Notes: generated by a model from the sequence alone, not told the origin. Shown: positions 28,930 through 39,438, numbered from the stretch's first letter. The stretch: 64,000 nucleotides of DNA from an uncultured Candidatus Binatia bacterium (GCA_965214605.1 OZ243961.1:3008001-3072000), one strand, 5' to 3'. Numbers and translations: made by a program.

Positions 28930-29907
28930 TCAGCCCTGCTGGTTGCGCAGCAGGGCTTTTTCAATGCCGCGTCGGATAAGCTGCGGCTCGCCGAGCCGGC
29001 GTCGCAGCTGACGCTCTAAACCGCCGACCGGCAGCAGGTTTTGCGGTGCACGGGGATCTTTGGGCGCCCGCGAGGCTAGGCGAAAGACTTTAATGCTCGC
29101 CTGGTCGAGTAGCCCGATTGCCTTCCGGGGGCCGAGCGAAGCTTTGACTTCGAGCCGTACGAGGCCGGCAAACGTATGCTCAATCAGGCGCGGCTGGGTC
29201 AGGCGCAGATAGCACGAGAACACATCGTAGCTCTCCCGCTTGCTCCCGCCCTGAATCCGAAAGAGGGGGGTGCGCTCGCCCGGCTGGAGCTGTTCTAGGA
29301 TCTGGGTGCGCTGGTTTGACAGATACATGCGATGGATCGACTTGATCACCCCGACGACCGATGAGCTCCCGCCGATATAGGTCAGATTGCCGTCGGCCAA
29401 AATCAGTTTGTCTGGTCCCGACAGCTGCTCGGCAATGGCCGATTCGGCCTGGCGCATTTCGGTCATCAGCGCCTCACTCAGTTTGTCCTGCGTCGTCGCC
29501 TTTGAGCTGAGGCTGGCGTAGCCAAGGGGAGGGCCACTGCCGGCCGGAACAAAAAAGGGGTCCGGCCCGGATTGGCCGCCGCCGGTGATAAACAGGCGTT
29601 TGACGTGGATGGGCCCTATGGTGACCTGGTGATCAACCATCACGGCTCCGCTGGCCAGCGAACAGAATAGCCCCAGAAAACGGTTCTCGCCCTGGCTCAC
29701 AACCGCTCGGGCGTCGGTGCGCATGACCCCGTCCACGACCGCGGTCATGGCCGGTAGACTAGGCGGCTGGGGACGCTGCGCTTTCCACGGGACGTCTTCG
29801 ACCGGATCCTCTAGGGCTTGGACCGTAGTTTCTGCGCTATTGGCCTCGCGCGGAACCGAAATCTGGCCCGCATAATCGCCGCCCCACGGGTCTAAGGCGA
29901 TACGCAT
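28930..29907 (-). CDS. nurA: NurA-family nuclease
   Basis: DPW, VDGV.R, ADGNL, GVIKS, GERTP.F, KDPRAPQNL.P...LE. Confidence 0.88.
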   Translation of the reverse strand: MRIALDPWGGDYAGQISVPREANSAETTVQALEDPVEDVPWKAQRPQPPSLPAMTAVVDGVMRTDARAVVSQGENRFLGLFCSLASGAVMVDHQVTIGPIHVKRLFITGGGQSGPDPFFVPAGSGPPLGYASLSSKATTQDKLSEALMTEMRQAESAIAEQLSGPDKLILADGNLTYIGGSSSVVGVIKSIHRMYLSNQRTQILEQLQPGERTPLFRIQGGSKRESYDVFSCYLRLTQPRLIEHTFAGLVRLEVKASLGPRKAIGLLDQASIKVFRLASRAPKDPRAPQNLLPVGGLERQLRRRLGEPQLIRRGIEKALLRNQQG

Positions 29908-30016
29908 CCCTTTTTCCTCCGCTGACCCAAATAGAGAACGTCACCCATGAGCCCAGGATCTCCCCCCATTCTCCAGGACAGGTCACGTTTTCGGTCCGGG
30001 GGGAGGCGGATCGACT

Positions 30017-30448
30017 TCAGGGCCGGACCTGGCAGCTCAGCATGGCCGTGCCAACAATCACCCGGTCACCGTTCTGGTTTTCTATTACTACGTCACAGTC
30101 AACAGAGCCGACGCCGTCTTCGAGTTTTTTCTCCGTCACCATGCCCCAACAACTCAGTCTATCGCCGTGCGCGACCGGAGTCCGAAAGCTGGTGTGCAGC
30201 ATGGTGATACGCCAGCCAATAAAATGATTTTTCAGGACCTTGGCCAGAAAGGAGGCACACAACGGACCCGGCACGATCGGCCTGGCAAAGCCGACCTGGC
30301 GCGCCCGTTCGGGATTGATGAAGCGCTGGTCCGTCACCTGCGCCGCCACCGCGTAGCGGCGTACAAGGTCGGTTGTCGGAACCCAGCTGACGGGGCCGAT
30401 CTCATCGCCAAATTCAACCGTATCAAAGGGCAGAGGGGACGTATCCAT
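30017..30448 (-). CDS. MaoC-family (hot-dog) dehydratase
   Basis: RYA..D..F...AR.VGF...IVPG, F..PV..GD. Confidence 0.85.
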   Translation of the reverse strand: MDTSPLPFDTVEFGDEIGPVSWVPTTDLVRRYAVAAQVTDQRFINPERARQVGFARPIVPGPLCASFLAKVLKNHFIGWRITMLHTSFRTPVAHGDRLSCWGMVTEKKLEDGVGSVDCDVVIENQNGDRVIVGTAMLSCQVRP

Positions 30449-30468
30449 AGCGTGCGGCAGTGTGGTGG

Positions 30469-30930
30469 TTAGATCTTTTTGTGCGGCGAGCGGACCATCT
30501 GGCGTTCGCGTAAAATCATCACCGTCCTGCCGCTCTCCTCTTTGACTCGCAGTTCGCGCACAATGACGCCAAGCGGGCCGCTGCGACCGGTCTTCTCGTA
30601 GACGTCGGCGAGGCGTGCCGTGATCGTATACGTCCGGCCGGCATAGATTTCATCGTAAAACTCGAACTCTTGGCCGGCGTACAGGCTGGCCAGACCCGGA
30701 GCGAGCGGAATTTCCGGGACAATCTTATTCCCCCGCAGATGCATACAGTAGGTCGGGGGAGCGATGACGTTTGGGTAGCCGGCTCGACGGGCGGCCTCGG
30801 GGTCGAGGTAGAGCGGGTTGAGGTCATCCACGGCCTCGGCAAATCCCCGGATGTCGTCTGCGGTTACCGCAAATTTGCCGACCTCACTCTCTTTGTGCAT
30901 GAGATCTTCAGGGACCTTGATCATTGCCAT
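30469..30930 (-). CDS. MaoC N-terminal/FAS1-like dehydratase
   Basis: IRGFAEAVDDLNPLY.D.EAA..GY...IAPPT, QEFEF, YEK.G.SG. Confidence 0.88.
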   Translation of the reverse strand: MAMIKVPEDLMHKESEVGKFAVTADDIRGFAEAVDDLNPLYLDPEAARRAGYPNVIAPPTYCMHLRGNKIVPEIPLAPGLASLYAGQEFEFYDEIYAGRTYTITARLADVYEKTGRSGPLGVIVRELRVKEESGRTVMILRERQMVRSPHKKI

Positions 30931-30991
30931 AGGGTACACTCAGCGAGCCGCCACGCAAGGAGCGGCTCTCCAGCCTCAGAGAAGGACAACT

Positions 30992-31279
30992 CTACTCGGC
31001 GATTTTCTCGTAAAACTCCAGTTCTGGAGCGCCGTCGAGCAGGGCGCCTAGGTTCACCCCGAGTTCGCCCAGATGTTTCCGATGGGCCTCAAAGGCGGCG
31101 TCATCCGTATACTCTTCGTAGAACAGAAAGACCCGAGGATCTTTCTTGGATTTACAGAACGTGTAGGCGTGGTTCCCGGGTTCTTTGCGCACCTCGGCAA
31201 CGACCTTATCCCGCATCGTGGCCTCGAACTCTCCCTCTTTCCCCTCTTTGATTTTCAGTTTGGCGGTTAAGGTGACCAT
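30992..31279 (-). CDS. Antibiotic-biosynthesis (quinol) monooxygenase family protein
   Basis: EPG...Y....D...F.FYE.Y.D..AF..H. Confidence 0.88.
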   Translation of the reverse strand: MVTLTAKLKIKEGKEGEFEATMRDKVVAEVRKEPGNHAYTFCKSKKDPRVFLFYEEYTDDAAFEAHRKHLGELGVNLGALLDGAPELEFYEKIAE

Positions 31280-31420
31280 AGCCTTCCTCCTTTTTTCGGA
31301 CGAGATACGCTCCTTTTTGCCTGACTAGGGGGGCTTTGGCAACTCCTGCACGCGTGTCGGCGGCTAGCAGGAGCCGATCAATTGGCGTACCATTGCGGCC
31401 ACGAAAGGAGCGAACAGACT

Positions 31421-32515
31421 ATGAAAGCTGCCGTTTTGTACGAGCCTGGTACCCCCCTGGTTATTGAAGATTTGCAACTCGATCCGCCAAAAGCCGGAGA
31501 GGTCAAGGTCCGGGTCGCCGCCAACGGGGCCTGCCACAGCGATCTGCACGTGATGACCGGTGACATGCGCCAACCCCTCCCCATAGTCTTAGGACACGAG
31601 GGGGCGGGGGTGGTTGAAGAAGTCGGGGCCGGGGTGACGTCGGTCAAAGAGGGCGACCATGTGGTCCTGTCTTTTAACCCGGTGTGCGGCACTTGCCTGT
31701 ACTGTACCCAGGGTAGCCCGCACCTGTGCGAAACTCGGCCCACGACCGCCGGCGTACTGATCGACGGCACGATCCGTTTACATAAAAATGGGGCGGATAT
31801 TCACCACTTTGCCTTTACCGCGTCTTTTGCCGAAGAGACAGTCGTGCACGAGAGCTGCGCGATTAAAATCCGAGACGACGTGCCCCTGGACCGGGCTTGT
31901 TTTGTTGGCTGCGGAACCATGACCGGGGTTGGGGCGGCGATTAACACCGCCCAGGTGCAGCCGGGCAGCACGGTCGCCGTTATCGGCTGCGGCGGGGTTG
32001 GTCTGAACGTGATTCAGGGTGCGGCCATTGCAGGGGCACGCCAGATCATTGCGGTTGACCTGCTCGACAACAAGCTCGAATTTGCCAAAACCTTTGGCGC
32101 CACCCACTGTGTCAACCCGTCTCGGGACGACGCCTTGCCGGCCGTGCTAGAGCTGACCCAGGGGCGCGGGGTGGATTACGGGTTTGAGGTCATCAGCACG
32201 CCCAAGACGATTGAGCTGGCCTTTAAGATGACTGCTCGGGGCGGCATCTGCACGATTGTCGGCGTCTCGCCGGACGGCTCTCGCATTTCGCTCAACCCCA
32301 ACGTCTTTATGATGATGGAGAAAAAACTCCAGGGCTCATACTACGGCTCAACCCGGCCACGCGTTGACATGCCCCGTCTGATCGACATGTATATGGACGG
32401 CCGGCTCAAAATCGATGAGCTCGTCTCAAAGACGCTGCCGCTCGAGCAGGTCAACGACGCCTACGATCTGCTCAAACAGGGCGCGGTGGCGCGGAGCGTG
32501 ATTACGTTCTCCTAG
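31421..32515 (+). CDS. Zn-dependent alcohol dehydrogenase (class III-like)
   Basis: CHSD, GHEGAG, CGTCLYC..G..HLC, GCGGVG. Confidence 0.95.
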   Translation: MKAAVLYEPGTPLVIEDLQLDPPKAGEVKVRVAANGACHSDLHVMTGDMRQPLPIVLGHEGAGVVEEVGAGVTSVKEGDHVVLSFNPVCGTCLYCTQGSPHLCETRPTTAGVLIDGTIRLHKNGADIHHFAFTASFAEETVVHESCAIKIRDDVPLDRACFVGCGTMTGVGAAINTAQVQPGSTVAVIGCGGVGLNVIQGAAIAGARQIIAVDLLDNKLEFAKTFGATHCVNPSRDDALPAVLELTQGRGVDYGFEVISTPKTIELAFKMTARGGICTIVGVSPDGSRISLNPNVFMMMEKKLQGSYYGSTRPRVDMPRLIDMYMDGRLKIDELVSKTLPLEQVNDAYDLLKQGAVARSVITFS

Positions 32516-32530
32516 GCCGGGGATGTCTCT

Positions 32531-33718
32531 TTAATCGGCCACCGCGGGCCGTGTCGCCGGCTGTGGCACGGGCACGCTACTACTGCCCAGGACGCAGCAG
32601 ACGCCGATCAGGCCGCCGCCGATCAGGCCGCCGCTCACAAACGCGCTGGCCAAGCCGAAGTGACTGGCCAGCGTGCCAAACAGGGCCGGGCCGACCATCA
32701 TGCCGGCTCCGTGAGCCATCATCAGGATACTCATGACCGTTCCCATACCGTAGCGCTGTCCCTGCTCCATGGCCACCGCGGTATGAGACGGAAAGGCCAG
32801 CCCGTACATGGCTCCGACCCAGATATTGAGTATCAGCAACTGCCAGAACTCTTGGGCCAGAGGGAAACAGGCCAGGGCTCCGACACTTCCCAGCCCTCCC
32901 AGCGCCATGAGGTAGGTTTTGTTGATCCGGTCGGCTAAGCGGCCGCACGGTGTCTGGAGCAAGGTGCTGACAATCACGTTCAAGGAAATCAGAATGCCGA
33001 CCTCGGTCGTGCTGAGCGGCAGCAGACGGGTGGCCAAGAGGGGCAGAAACACCCAGGTCAGGGCGTTGCTCAGGGCGTACGAAAAACGAAAACAGGCCGC
33101 CCCAACAATCGGCCGACAGGTCAACAGGCTGCGCAAGACAGCGTGTGGGCGCGCCTCGGCGCTGTTGCTCTTAACACGCGGCAGGAACAGGCCAAGGGAT
33201 GCCAGGGCGGCCACACTGAGGCCGCCCATAATCAGAAAATTGACCTCCATGCCCCACAGGTCTTTAATGACCCCGCCCAGCAGCGGCCCGGCCGCAATGC
33301 CGCCCAGCATGGCCGTATTGAGCGCGCCGCTATAGCGGCCCTCCTGCCCGGCGGGCGCGAGGTCGCCGACATAGGCCATAGCCACCGGATGCATAATTGC
33401 GGTGGCCGTGCCATGGACGATCATAATCAGGATAAAGCTGACGACCGTGTCGGCCGGCAGATAGGCAAACGAGGTCAGGCTATAAAAGAGCAGGCCGACC
33501 AAAAGGAAGTATTTTCTCTCCCAGCGGTCGGATAAGCGGCCGATGAACGGCAGGATCAGCGTGCGGGTGGCGGCATGAACACTGAACAGCAGGCCCGCCC
33601 CCAACTCGCCAAAACCAAACTGCTGAACGTAGATGGGTAGAAAGGACATGACCAGGCAGTTGCCCAGCATAGTGGCAAAAACGGCCAGCGACAGCGTCAG
33701 GACCGCGGCGTGCAGCAT
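32531..33718 (-). CDS. MFS transporter
   Basis: About 12 hydrophobic segments; GRLSDRW.RK and GRLADR motifs. Confidence 0.92.
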   Translation of the reverse strand: MLHAAVLTLSLAVFATMLGNCLVMSFLPIYVQQFGFGELGAGLLFSVHAATRTLILPFIGRLSDRWERKYFLLVGLLFYSLTSFAYLPADTVVSFILIMIVHGTATAIMHPVAMAYVGDLAPAGQEGRYSGALNTAMLGGIAAGPLLGGVIKDLWGMEVNFLIMGGLSVAALASLGLFLPRVKSNSAEARPHAVLRSLLTCRPIVGAACFRFSYALSNALTWVFLPLLATRLLPLSTTEVGILISLNVIVSTLLQTPCGRLADRINKTYLMALGGLGSVGALACFPLAQEFWQLLILNIWVGAMYGLAFPSHTAVAMEQGQRYGMGTVMSILMMAHGAGMMVGPALFGTLASHFGLASAFVSGGLIGGGLIGVCCVLGSSSVPVPQPATRPAVAD

Positions 33719-34168
33719 CCCGGTGTGTAATCAGAAATCCTCCGTCTTGTCTGCCCCATCGGTCCGTAGCCGTGCCTGAGGCGAGTCCTATGCCGACCAC
33801 AAGAGATCACCCCATCGGCCCTGGCCCTCGGTGCCTGGCGGGCCCGGTCTGGATATGGGCTGGCGGCCGCAGTCGGTCTAGCGAGCAAATACAGCCGGGC
33901 TCTTTTAGCGCACCGCGGCTGGCCGACGGCCTTGGGAGGGGATGCCTCTCTGGCGGCTTTCAGATGTCCGCTAGCGGGGTGGGCGTTCCTGAAAATTTAC
34001 GCCACAGCCGACCGGTCGTGGCCTGCGGCGGACAATTGTGGGGGGGAGAGGGACCGCCAACGCGCCGCTGTCGGCTCTGGCAGCCCTGTCCGTGCTCACC
34101 CGCCGCTTTCTTTTATTGGCCACGCCGTTGCCCCGATCAGCGCCTGGGGCCGCACGTGAGCCTGGGCG

Positions 34169-35533
34169 CTATTCGGCCTGATAGGCCGCGTGTTGGCGCC
34201 GGCGGCGACTCATGCCTTCCTCGACCGTGCCGGCGGTAATCACTTCATACAGCACGGCCTGTTTGCCCTCCCGTTTACGCAAGACGCGCCCAAGCCGCTG
34301 GACGTGTTCTCGGGTCGAACTCGAACCGGACAGAATCACCGCCACGCTCGCTTCCGGGACATTGACGCCTTCGTTGAGGACTTTTGAGGTCGCCAGCGCC
34401 AGATACTCGCCCCGGTTAAATCCCTCCAGAATGGCTTTGCGTTCTTTGGTCGGGGTCTGATGGGTAATCGCCGGAATCAAAAACGCGGACGAGATCGCGT
34501 AGACCGTATCGTTATCGCTGGTGAAAATGAGCGTCCGCTCCTGCGCGTGCTTTTTGAGCAAAAAGTCCAGTGTACGGAGCTTGGCCGAGGTGCCGAGAGC
34601 TAATTTCTTTGAGCGTTGATGGGCGAGCAGGGCCTGGCGGCCCTGACGGCTGCGGGCGCTCTCCCGGATAAAGCGGTGCCAGCCGGCCAAGCCGTCTAGG
34701 ACAATGCCGTGATCGATAATGAAATTGTAAAAGGTGCCTCTCGCCTGGCGGTACTCGGCCTCCTCCTCGGGAGTGAGATGAACCGTGACCCGCTCGGTCA
34801 CATAATCGGCCAGATAATCTCCGGACAGCTCTTTGATGTCCTTGGCATAGACCTGGGGGCCGATGAGATCGTCGAGCAGCACGTGCCGGCCGTCGGCCCG
34901 CTCTGGGGTTGCCGTCAGCCCCAGCCGATACGGTGCCAAACACATCTGGGCGGCGTGGCTGTACATCTCGCCCGGCAGGTGGTGGCACTCGTCAAAAACA
35001 ACGAGCCCCCAGCGATTGCCGAGCCGGTCCATGTGGCTGTACGCGCTGTCATAGGTGGTGACCGTCAGGGCCTGGAGTTCGTAATAGCCACCGCCGAGCA
35101 GTCCGATCTGTTCGCCAAACGCCGCGCACAGCAGGTCATACCACTGGTTCATGAGGTCAATCGTGGGGGCGACCACGAGTGTCCCGCGTTGCACGCTGGC
35201 AATGGCCATTTGACCGACATAGCTCTTGCCCGCGCCGGTCGGCAGGACAATGACCCCTCGCCGCCCGGCCCGTTGCCAGGCGGCGAGGGCTTCGCTCTGA
35301 AACGGGTGAGGGCGGTGTTCAAGGCGGCTGACAAGCTTAAGCGTCGGATAGGCCGGGGCCACATTCCGACACTCAAGACCGGTCTGTTTGCAGTGTTCGA
35401 GCAGTGGGCGGTAGTAGTGCGCCTGTGCCCGCCAGCGATCGACCCGGCCGTCCCAGTGCAAGAAGGGTGGGGCGTGAAGGTCCTGGGGCGGATCGTCCAC
35501 CACGACAGTGCCGAGATCGAAGCGGAGACGCAT
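34169..35533 (-). CDS. XPB/Rad25-like SF2 helicase
   Basis: LPTGAGKS, DECHH, GLTATPER, EGVNVP, QRLGRVLR. Confidence 0.92.
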   Translation of the reverse strand: MRLRFDLGTVVVDDPPQDLHAPPFLHWDGRVDRWRAQAHYYRPLLEHCKQTGLECRNVAPAYPTLKLVSRLEHRPHPFQSEALAAWQRAGRRGVIVLPTGAGKSYVGQMAIASVQRGTLVVAPTIDLMNQWYDLLCAAFGEQIGLLGGGYYELQALTVTTYDSAYSHMDRLGNRWGLVVFDECHHLPGEMYSHAAQMCLAPYRLGLTATPERADGRHVLLDDLIGPQVYAKDIKELSGDYLADYVTERVTVHLTPEEEAEYRQARGTFYNFIIDHGIVLDGLAGWHRFIRESARSRQGRQALLAHQRSKKLALGTSAKLRTLDFLLKKHAQERTLIFTSDNDTVYAISSAFLIPAITHQTPTKERKAILEGFNRGEYLALATSKVLNEGVNVPEASVAVILSGSSSTREHVQRLGRVLRKREGKQAVLYEVITAGTVEEGMSRRRRQHAAYQAE

Positions 35534-35538
35534 CCCTG

Positions 35539-36750
35539 TTAGACCACCCGTTTCTCGCGCAGGGCGGCGATTTGATCCGTGCTGTAGCCGAGGCTGCCCA
35601 AAACTTCTTGGGTGTGCTGGCCGATCGACGGAGCAAAAGAGCGGATAGAGCCCGGCGTATCGGACAGTTTGACCGCCACACCGGCCTGGGTCACCTTGCC
35701 GGCCTGGGGATGGTCGAGTTCGACCGCCATCTGACGGTGGCGGACTTGGGGATCGTCAAAGACCTCCGGAACGTCGTAGACCTTGCCGACACACACATCG
35801 GCCTTGGCCAGGATATCATACCACTCGTCGCGGGTTTTGGTCATGAGCACGGCTTGGAGCTCTTGGCGTACTTGCTGGTGTCGGTCGGTTGTCCTCTGCG
35901 AGAAGTCGCCCGCCTTCATGCCACAGTCTTTCCAGTCCGGGCGGTCCAACGCATCACACAGATTGTTCCACAACCACGGCTCGGTACAGCCAATGCTCAG
36001 CTGCTTGTTATCTTTGGTATTGTACACGCTGTAATAGGCAAACCCTCCGCCAAAAACGCCCTTGCCCCGACCGGGTAGGGTGCCCTCCGCAAAGTAGTCA
36101 CGGACATTGGGCGTGGCCGCTAGCAGGGAGATGGTGGTATCGAGATAGGACACATCGACTAGCTGGCCTTTGCCGGTACGTTCGCGGGCAAACAGGGCAA
36201 ACATAATGCCGGTCACGCCGTGCATTGAGGCTCCGGCGTAGTCGGCAATAATATTTAGTGGAATTGCCGGCGGTCCTTCGGGCTGACCGATCAGGTTGAG
36301 CACGCCGCCAAGAGCGAGATAGTTGAGATCATGGGCCGGATACTCCCGATACGGCCCGTCCTGGCCAAAGCCGCTCAGGGAGCAGTAGATCAGGCGCGGA
36401 TTGAGCTTGCTCAGCGTGTCATAAGCGCCGCCCAAGCGCTCCATTACCCCGGGCCGGAAGCCCTCGACCAAGACGTCGTAGTCTTTGGCCAAATCTTGTA
36501 GAATGGCCTGTCCGGCGGCTTCCTTCAGATTGAGGGTGATGCTTTTTTTGTTCCGATTGGTGAAATTGGTAGCGAGTTTCCTGGCCTGGTCGGGTGTTGG
36601 TGAAGCGCCCGAGCCAGCCAGTTTGCCCGATGGCGGAGCCTCAATCTTGAGCACCTCAGCGCCCATGTCCGCCAGCATCATGGTGCAGAATGCCCCAGGC
36701 CCTACCCGAGTCAGTTCCAGGACTTTAATTCCGTCTAATGCTCCCGCCAT
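35539..36750 (-). CDS. CaiB/BaiF CoA transferase
   Basis: LADMGAEVLKIE, NRNKKSI.LNLK, EGFRPGV, SGFGQDGP..AHDLNY. Confidence 0.93.
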   Translation of the reverse strand: MAGALDGIKVLELTRVGPGAFCTMMLADMGAEVLKIEAPPSGKLAGSGASPTPDQARKLATNFTNRNKKSITLNLKEAAGQAILQDLAKDYDVLVEGFRPGVMERLGGAYDTLSKLNPRLIYCSLSGFGQDGPYREYPAHDLNYLALGGVLNLIGQPEGPPAIPLNIIADYAGASMHGVTGIMFALFARERTGKGQLVDVSYLDTTISLLAATPNVRDYFAEGTLPGRGKGVFGGGFAYYSVYNTKDNKQLSIGCTEPWLWNNLCDALDRPDWKDCGMKAGDFSQRTTDRHQQVRQELQAVLMTKTRDEWYDILAKADVCVGKVYDVPEVFDDPQVRHRQMAVELDHPQAGKVTQAGVAVKLSDTPGSIRSFAPSIGQHTQEVLGSLGYSTDQIAALREKRVV

Positions 36751-37916
36751 GCGGTCCTCCTTTTGCCAATGAGTCTGGGATTCGTTATAGCCCATTGGAA
36801 CGGAGAAGAGCTAGGGGTGAGGTACGAACGGGGATTGAGTGGTTTTGGGTGATGCTCAGGCGAGGATACATGGGCGTGGAGGGGTGAGCAGATGGTGAGG
36901 CCCACGCTTGGAATGGTCGAGAGACGGTTATGGTGTCTGGATTTGAGCACAGACTCCTCCTAGGGTATGAGGTGGTCATGCTGCGGGAACAGGTAAGGAG
37001 AAAAACATGCGCTCGGACAATGACCACGACAGGCAAAACGAAGCCTTACTGATGACCTACACGCTTCTCTTCGTCAGACTTGATAACGACCGTTTTTACT
37101 ACTCTGCCTAGTCATACCTGACCGCTCGTTTGCAAAGTGGAACAGTCACACCAAAGCCGAATCCGCTTTTTCCATTCCCATGAAGGCACCCCTACCCCTG
37201 GCTGTTTTACGTCCGCTTTGGGCTTATGATGACTTGTCCAAGTTTCCTGTTCTTTTGCGTCTTGTGTCGCCATGATCGGGGCATCAAGAGCTGTGGCATC
37301 CCTGCCCTCTTGAAGAGAAGATTGTACGGTTCCGAACGTGGGTTGCGCAGTCGCTAGAGGAGAATAGCGATACAGAGGATTCCAACGAGGGGTGGCTTCT
37401 TTCGATGCCCCTAGTTCTAAGGAAGATGCCTTTCTCGAGTTGGGAGAAGAAATCTGGATGGAACTGTGGCTCGCCACCTGTTGAACTCTTCGCATACCGT
37501 CTTGTCGTTATATTGTTGCCGGTATGGGCTCGTACCCTGTCGCCGAACCGCGTCACCGTGAGGTTTGGACCAAAGAAACTGTTTTCATTGTGTGCCACCT
37601 TTGTGTCGCTACATAAAGATGGTCTCGCTATCGTCCACGTCTCGGCTGTGGAATTGCCCAGGATTTTGTCTGTACTGTCGGTGACAGGTTTGTTGTCTTG
37701 CAGGACTTGCACTACCACGGTCGGGATACGCCCGTGGTTAAGACTTTTGTATTCACGAGTTTGGAATTAGGTGAGAGATGGTTTCTTTACTTGTTGCTGC
37801 TGTGCCGTGCTCTGCGTCGAGAGGCCCCTCATGACTCAGAGGTGCGGAAAGTTAGGCCAAGTAAGGAGAGCAATTCGTGTTAGACGCATGCCTCCTTGTT
37901 CGCCTTTAGTGGTCTA

Positions 37917-38664
37917 TCAATCTGACACACGCGGCAGGAGATCCAGACGGACCTGGAATCGGCGCCACACGGCACGGTCAAGCAATTCTGGGTGATTGCT
38001 TGCGGCCACGACGACCACGTAACTCGGAAGCGCGTCGATCTGGAGTAGCAGCGAACTGACGACCCGCTTGATCTCGCCCGTTTCGTGCAGGTCGCCACGT
38101 TCCTTTCCCACGGAGTCGAACTCGTCAAAAAAGGACGCAATAGCGCGATCGGGTGATCTCGAAGACTTGGCTGATCCGCTGTGCGGTCTCGCCCAGGTAG
38201 CTACCAATGACTACCTCGTAGCGGACGACCAGAAACGGCACGTCTAACGCGTCGGCAATTGCCTCCGCCAGACTCGTCTTGCCGTTGCCAGGCGGGCCGG
38301 TGAGCAAGATGCGATTGCGTGGTTCGAGGTTGTACGAGCGCAGTAGGTCGGCGCGATGCTGTTCGGAGACCAACTCGCGGACAATCTCATCGGCGTCGAC
38401 GGACAAAAGTAGGGCGTGCAAGTGGCGTTGCGGAGCCGTCTCCGTCAAGAGCGGACCGACTACTCCTGAGTGAGGTGATAGAAGCGGCGGTTGCAGGTCG
38501 CGTCTGTTTTCTCCCTGCAACTGGGCGAGCAGGCGATCTGCCAGAATGTCGTGATTCTTGGCGCGCTCATCGGCGGCCAAGGCATCGACCGTCTTTCGGA
38601 TCTGCCGTTCGTCGCCTTGTCTGCTCGCTTTCACGAGTTTCAAGATCAGGTCTGCTCGGGCCAT
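37917..38664 (-). pseudogene. AAA ATPase (IetA-like), frameshifted and truncated
   Basis: MARADL..., GPPGNGKT, SYLGET; frameshift near 38125 to FDEFD..KERGD.HETGEIKRVV, LDRAVWRRF. Confidence 0.85.
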
Positions 38665-38699
38665 GGCTGTCCGCCATCTCCTTCAACAGTGTCCGCTGT

Positions 38700-38930
38700 C
38701 GGGAGGCTTGGTTCTCCGATGATTTGCGAACCCCTCCGTTTCACACTCAAGCGCCAGGGTATCCGCCCGGATCTCATTGAGGCGCGGGCTTTGGCTTGTA
38801 GAAATGGCAGTTGAAGCTGATCTCGTGACTGCTCCTGACCTCGCCCGAGATTATACCAGGCATCGGGCGCGTAGGGCAACACCTTGCGGCGCGGGAAGGC
38901 TTTGAGGCCGCCTCCTTCGAAGAGCGGCAC
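38700..38930 (-). pseudogene. Type I RM methyltransferase HsdM, C-terminal fragment
   Basis: VPLFEGGGLKAF..KVLPYAPDAWY..EISFNCHFYKPKP..NEIRADTLALE.ETEG. Confidence 0.7.
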
Positions 38931-38938
38931 TCCCGCCC

Positions 38939-39061
38939 AGCAGCTCGCCGCGCAGCGTGGCCCTTGTTGGCGTAGGCGATGCTCGCTCGGCCCATCTTGG
39001 TGTAGTCCGTCAGTGTCGGGGTAGCTGGCGTCGGGTCGGGACCAACCGGAAGCGTCCCGGA
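38939..39061. repeat. ~123-bp imperfect direct repeat, copy 1
   Basis: agcagctcgccg..cagcgtggccctt..gctcgctcggcccatct..gtcgggtcgggaccaaccggaagcgtcccgga; second copy at 42754..42876. Confidence 0.9.
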
Positions 39062-39081
39062 GCGATATTGATTCCGCCATA

Positions 39082-39438
39082 TTGAGAGGTGCCATGAGAG
39101 CCGCTGAACGCAAGCGTGTTGGCGAGCGTTTGCACTCGGCGCAGGTTGTGGTCGCCACTGGAAAGTATGTAGGCGAGGGTTTTGACCTGCCCAGGCTGGA
39201 TACACTGTTTCTCGCCATGCCCATCGCCTGGAAAGGCTCGCTGGCGCAATATACGGAAGGGATCCATCGGGAATCAGACGGTAAAGTACGTGTGACGGTC
39301 TATGACTACGTTGACTGTGGATTCTCCATGCTCCAGCGCATGTTTAATAAACGCGAGAAAAGCTACAAGACGATGGGCTATACAATCCATTTTGCTGGAG
39401 AATCAGCCGATACGGCAAATCAAATCGACACTGTATAG
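39082..39438 (+). pseudogene. SF2 helicase C-terminal fragment
   Basis: ATGKYVGEGFDLPRLDTLFLAMPIAWKG.L.QY..GIHR..VYDYVD; no N-terminal motifs. Confidence 0.8.

Noticed and set aside
36800-37880. Possible gene, ncRNA or attL copy of tRNA-Asn at the left edge of island 2
   Set aside because: No recognisable motif, structure or tRNA 3' duplicate was found by eye; left unassigned.
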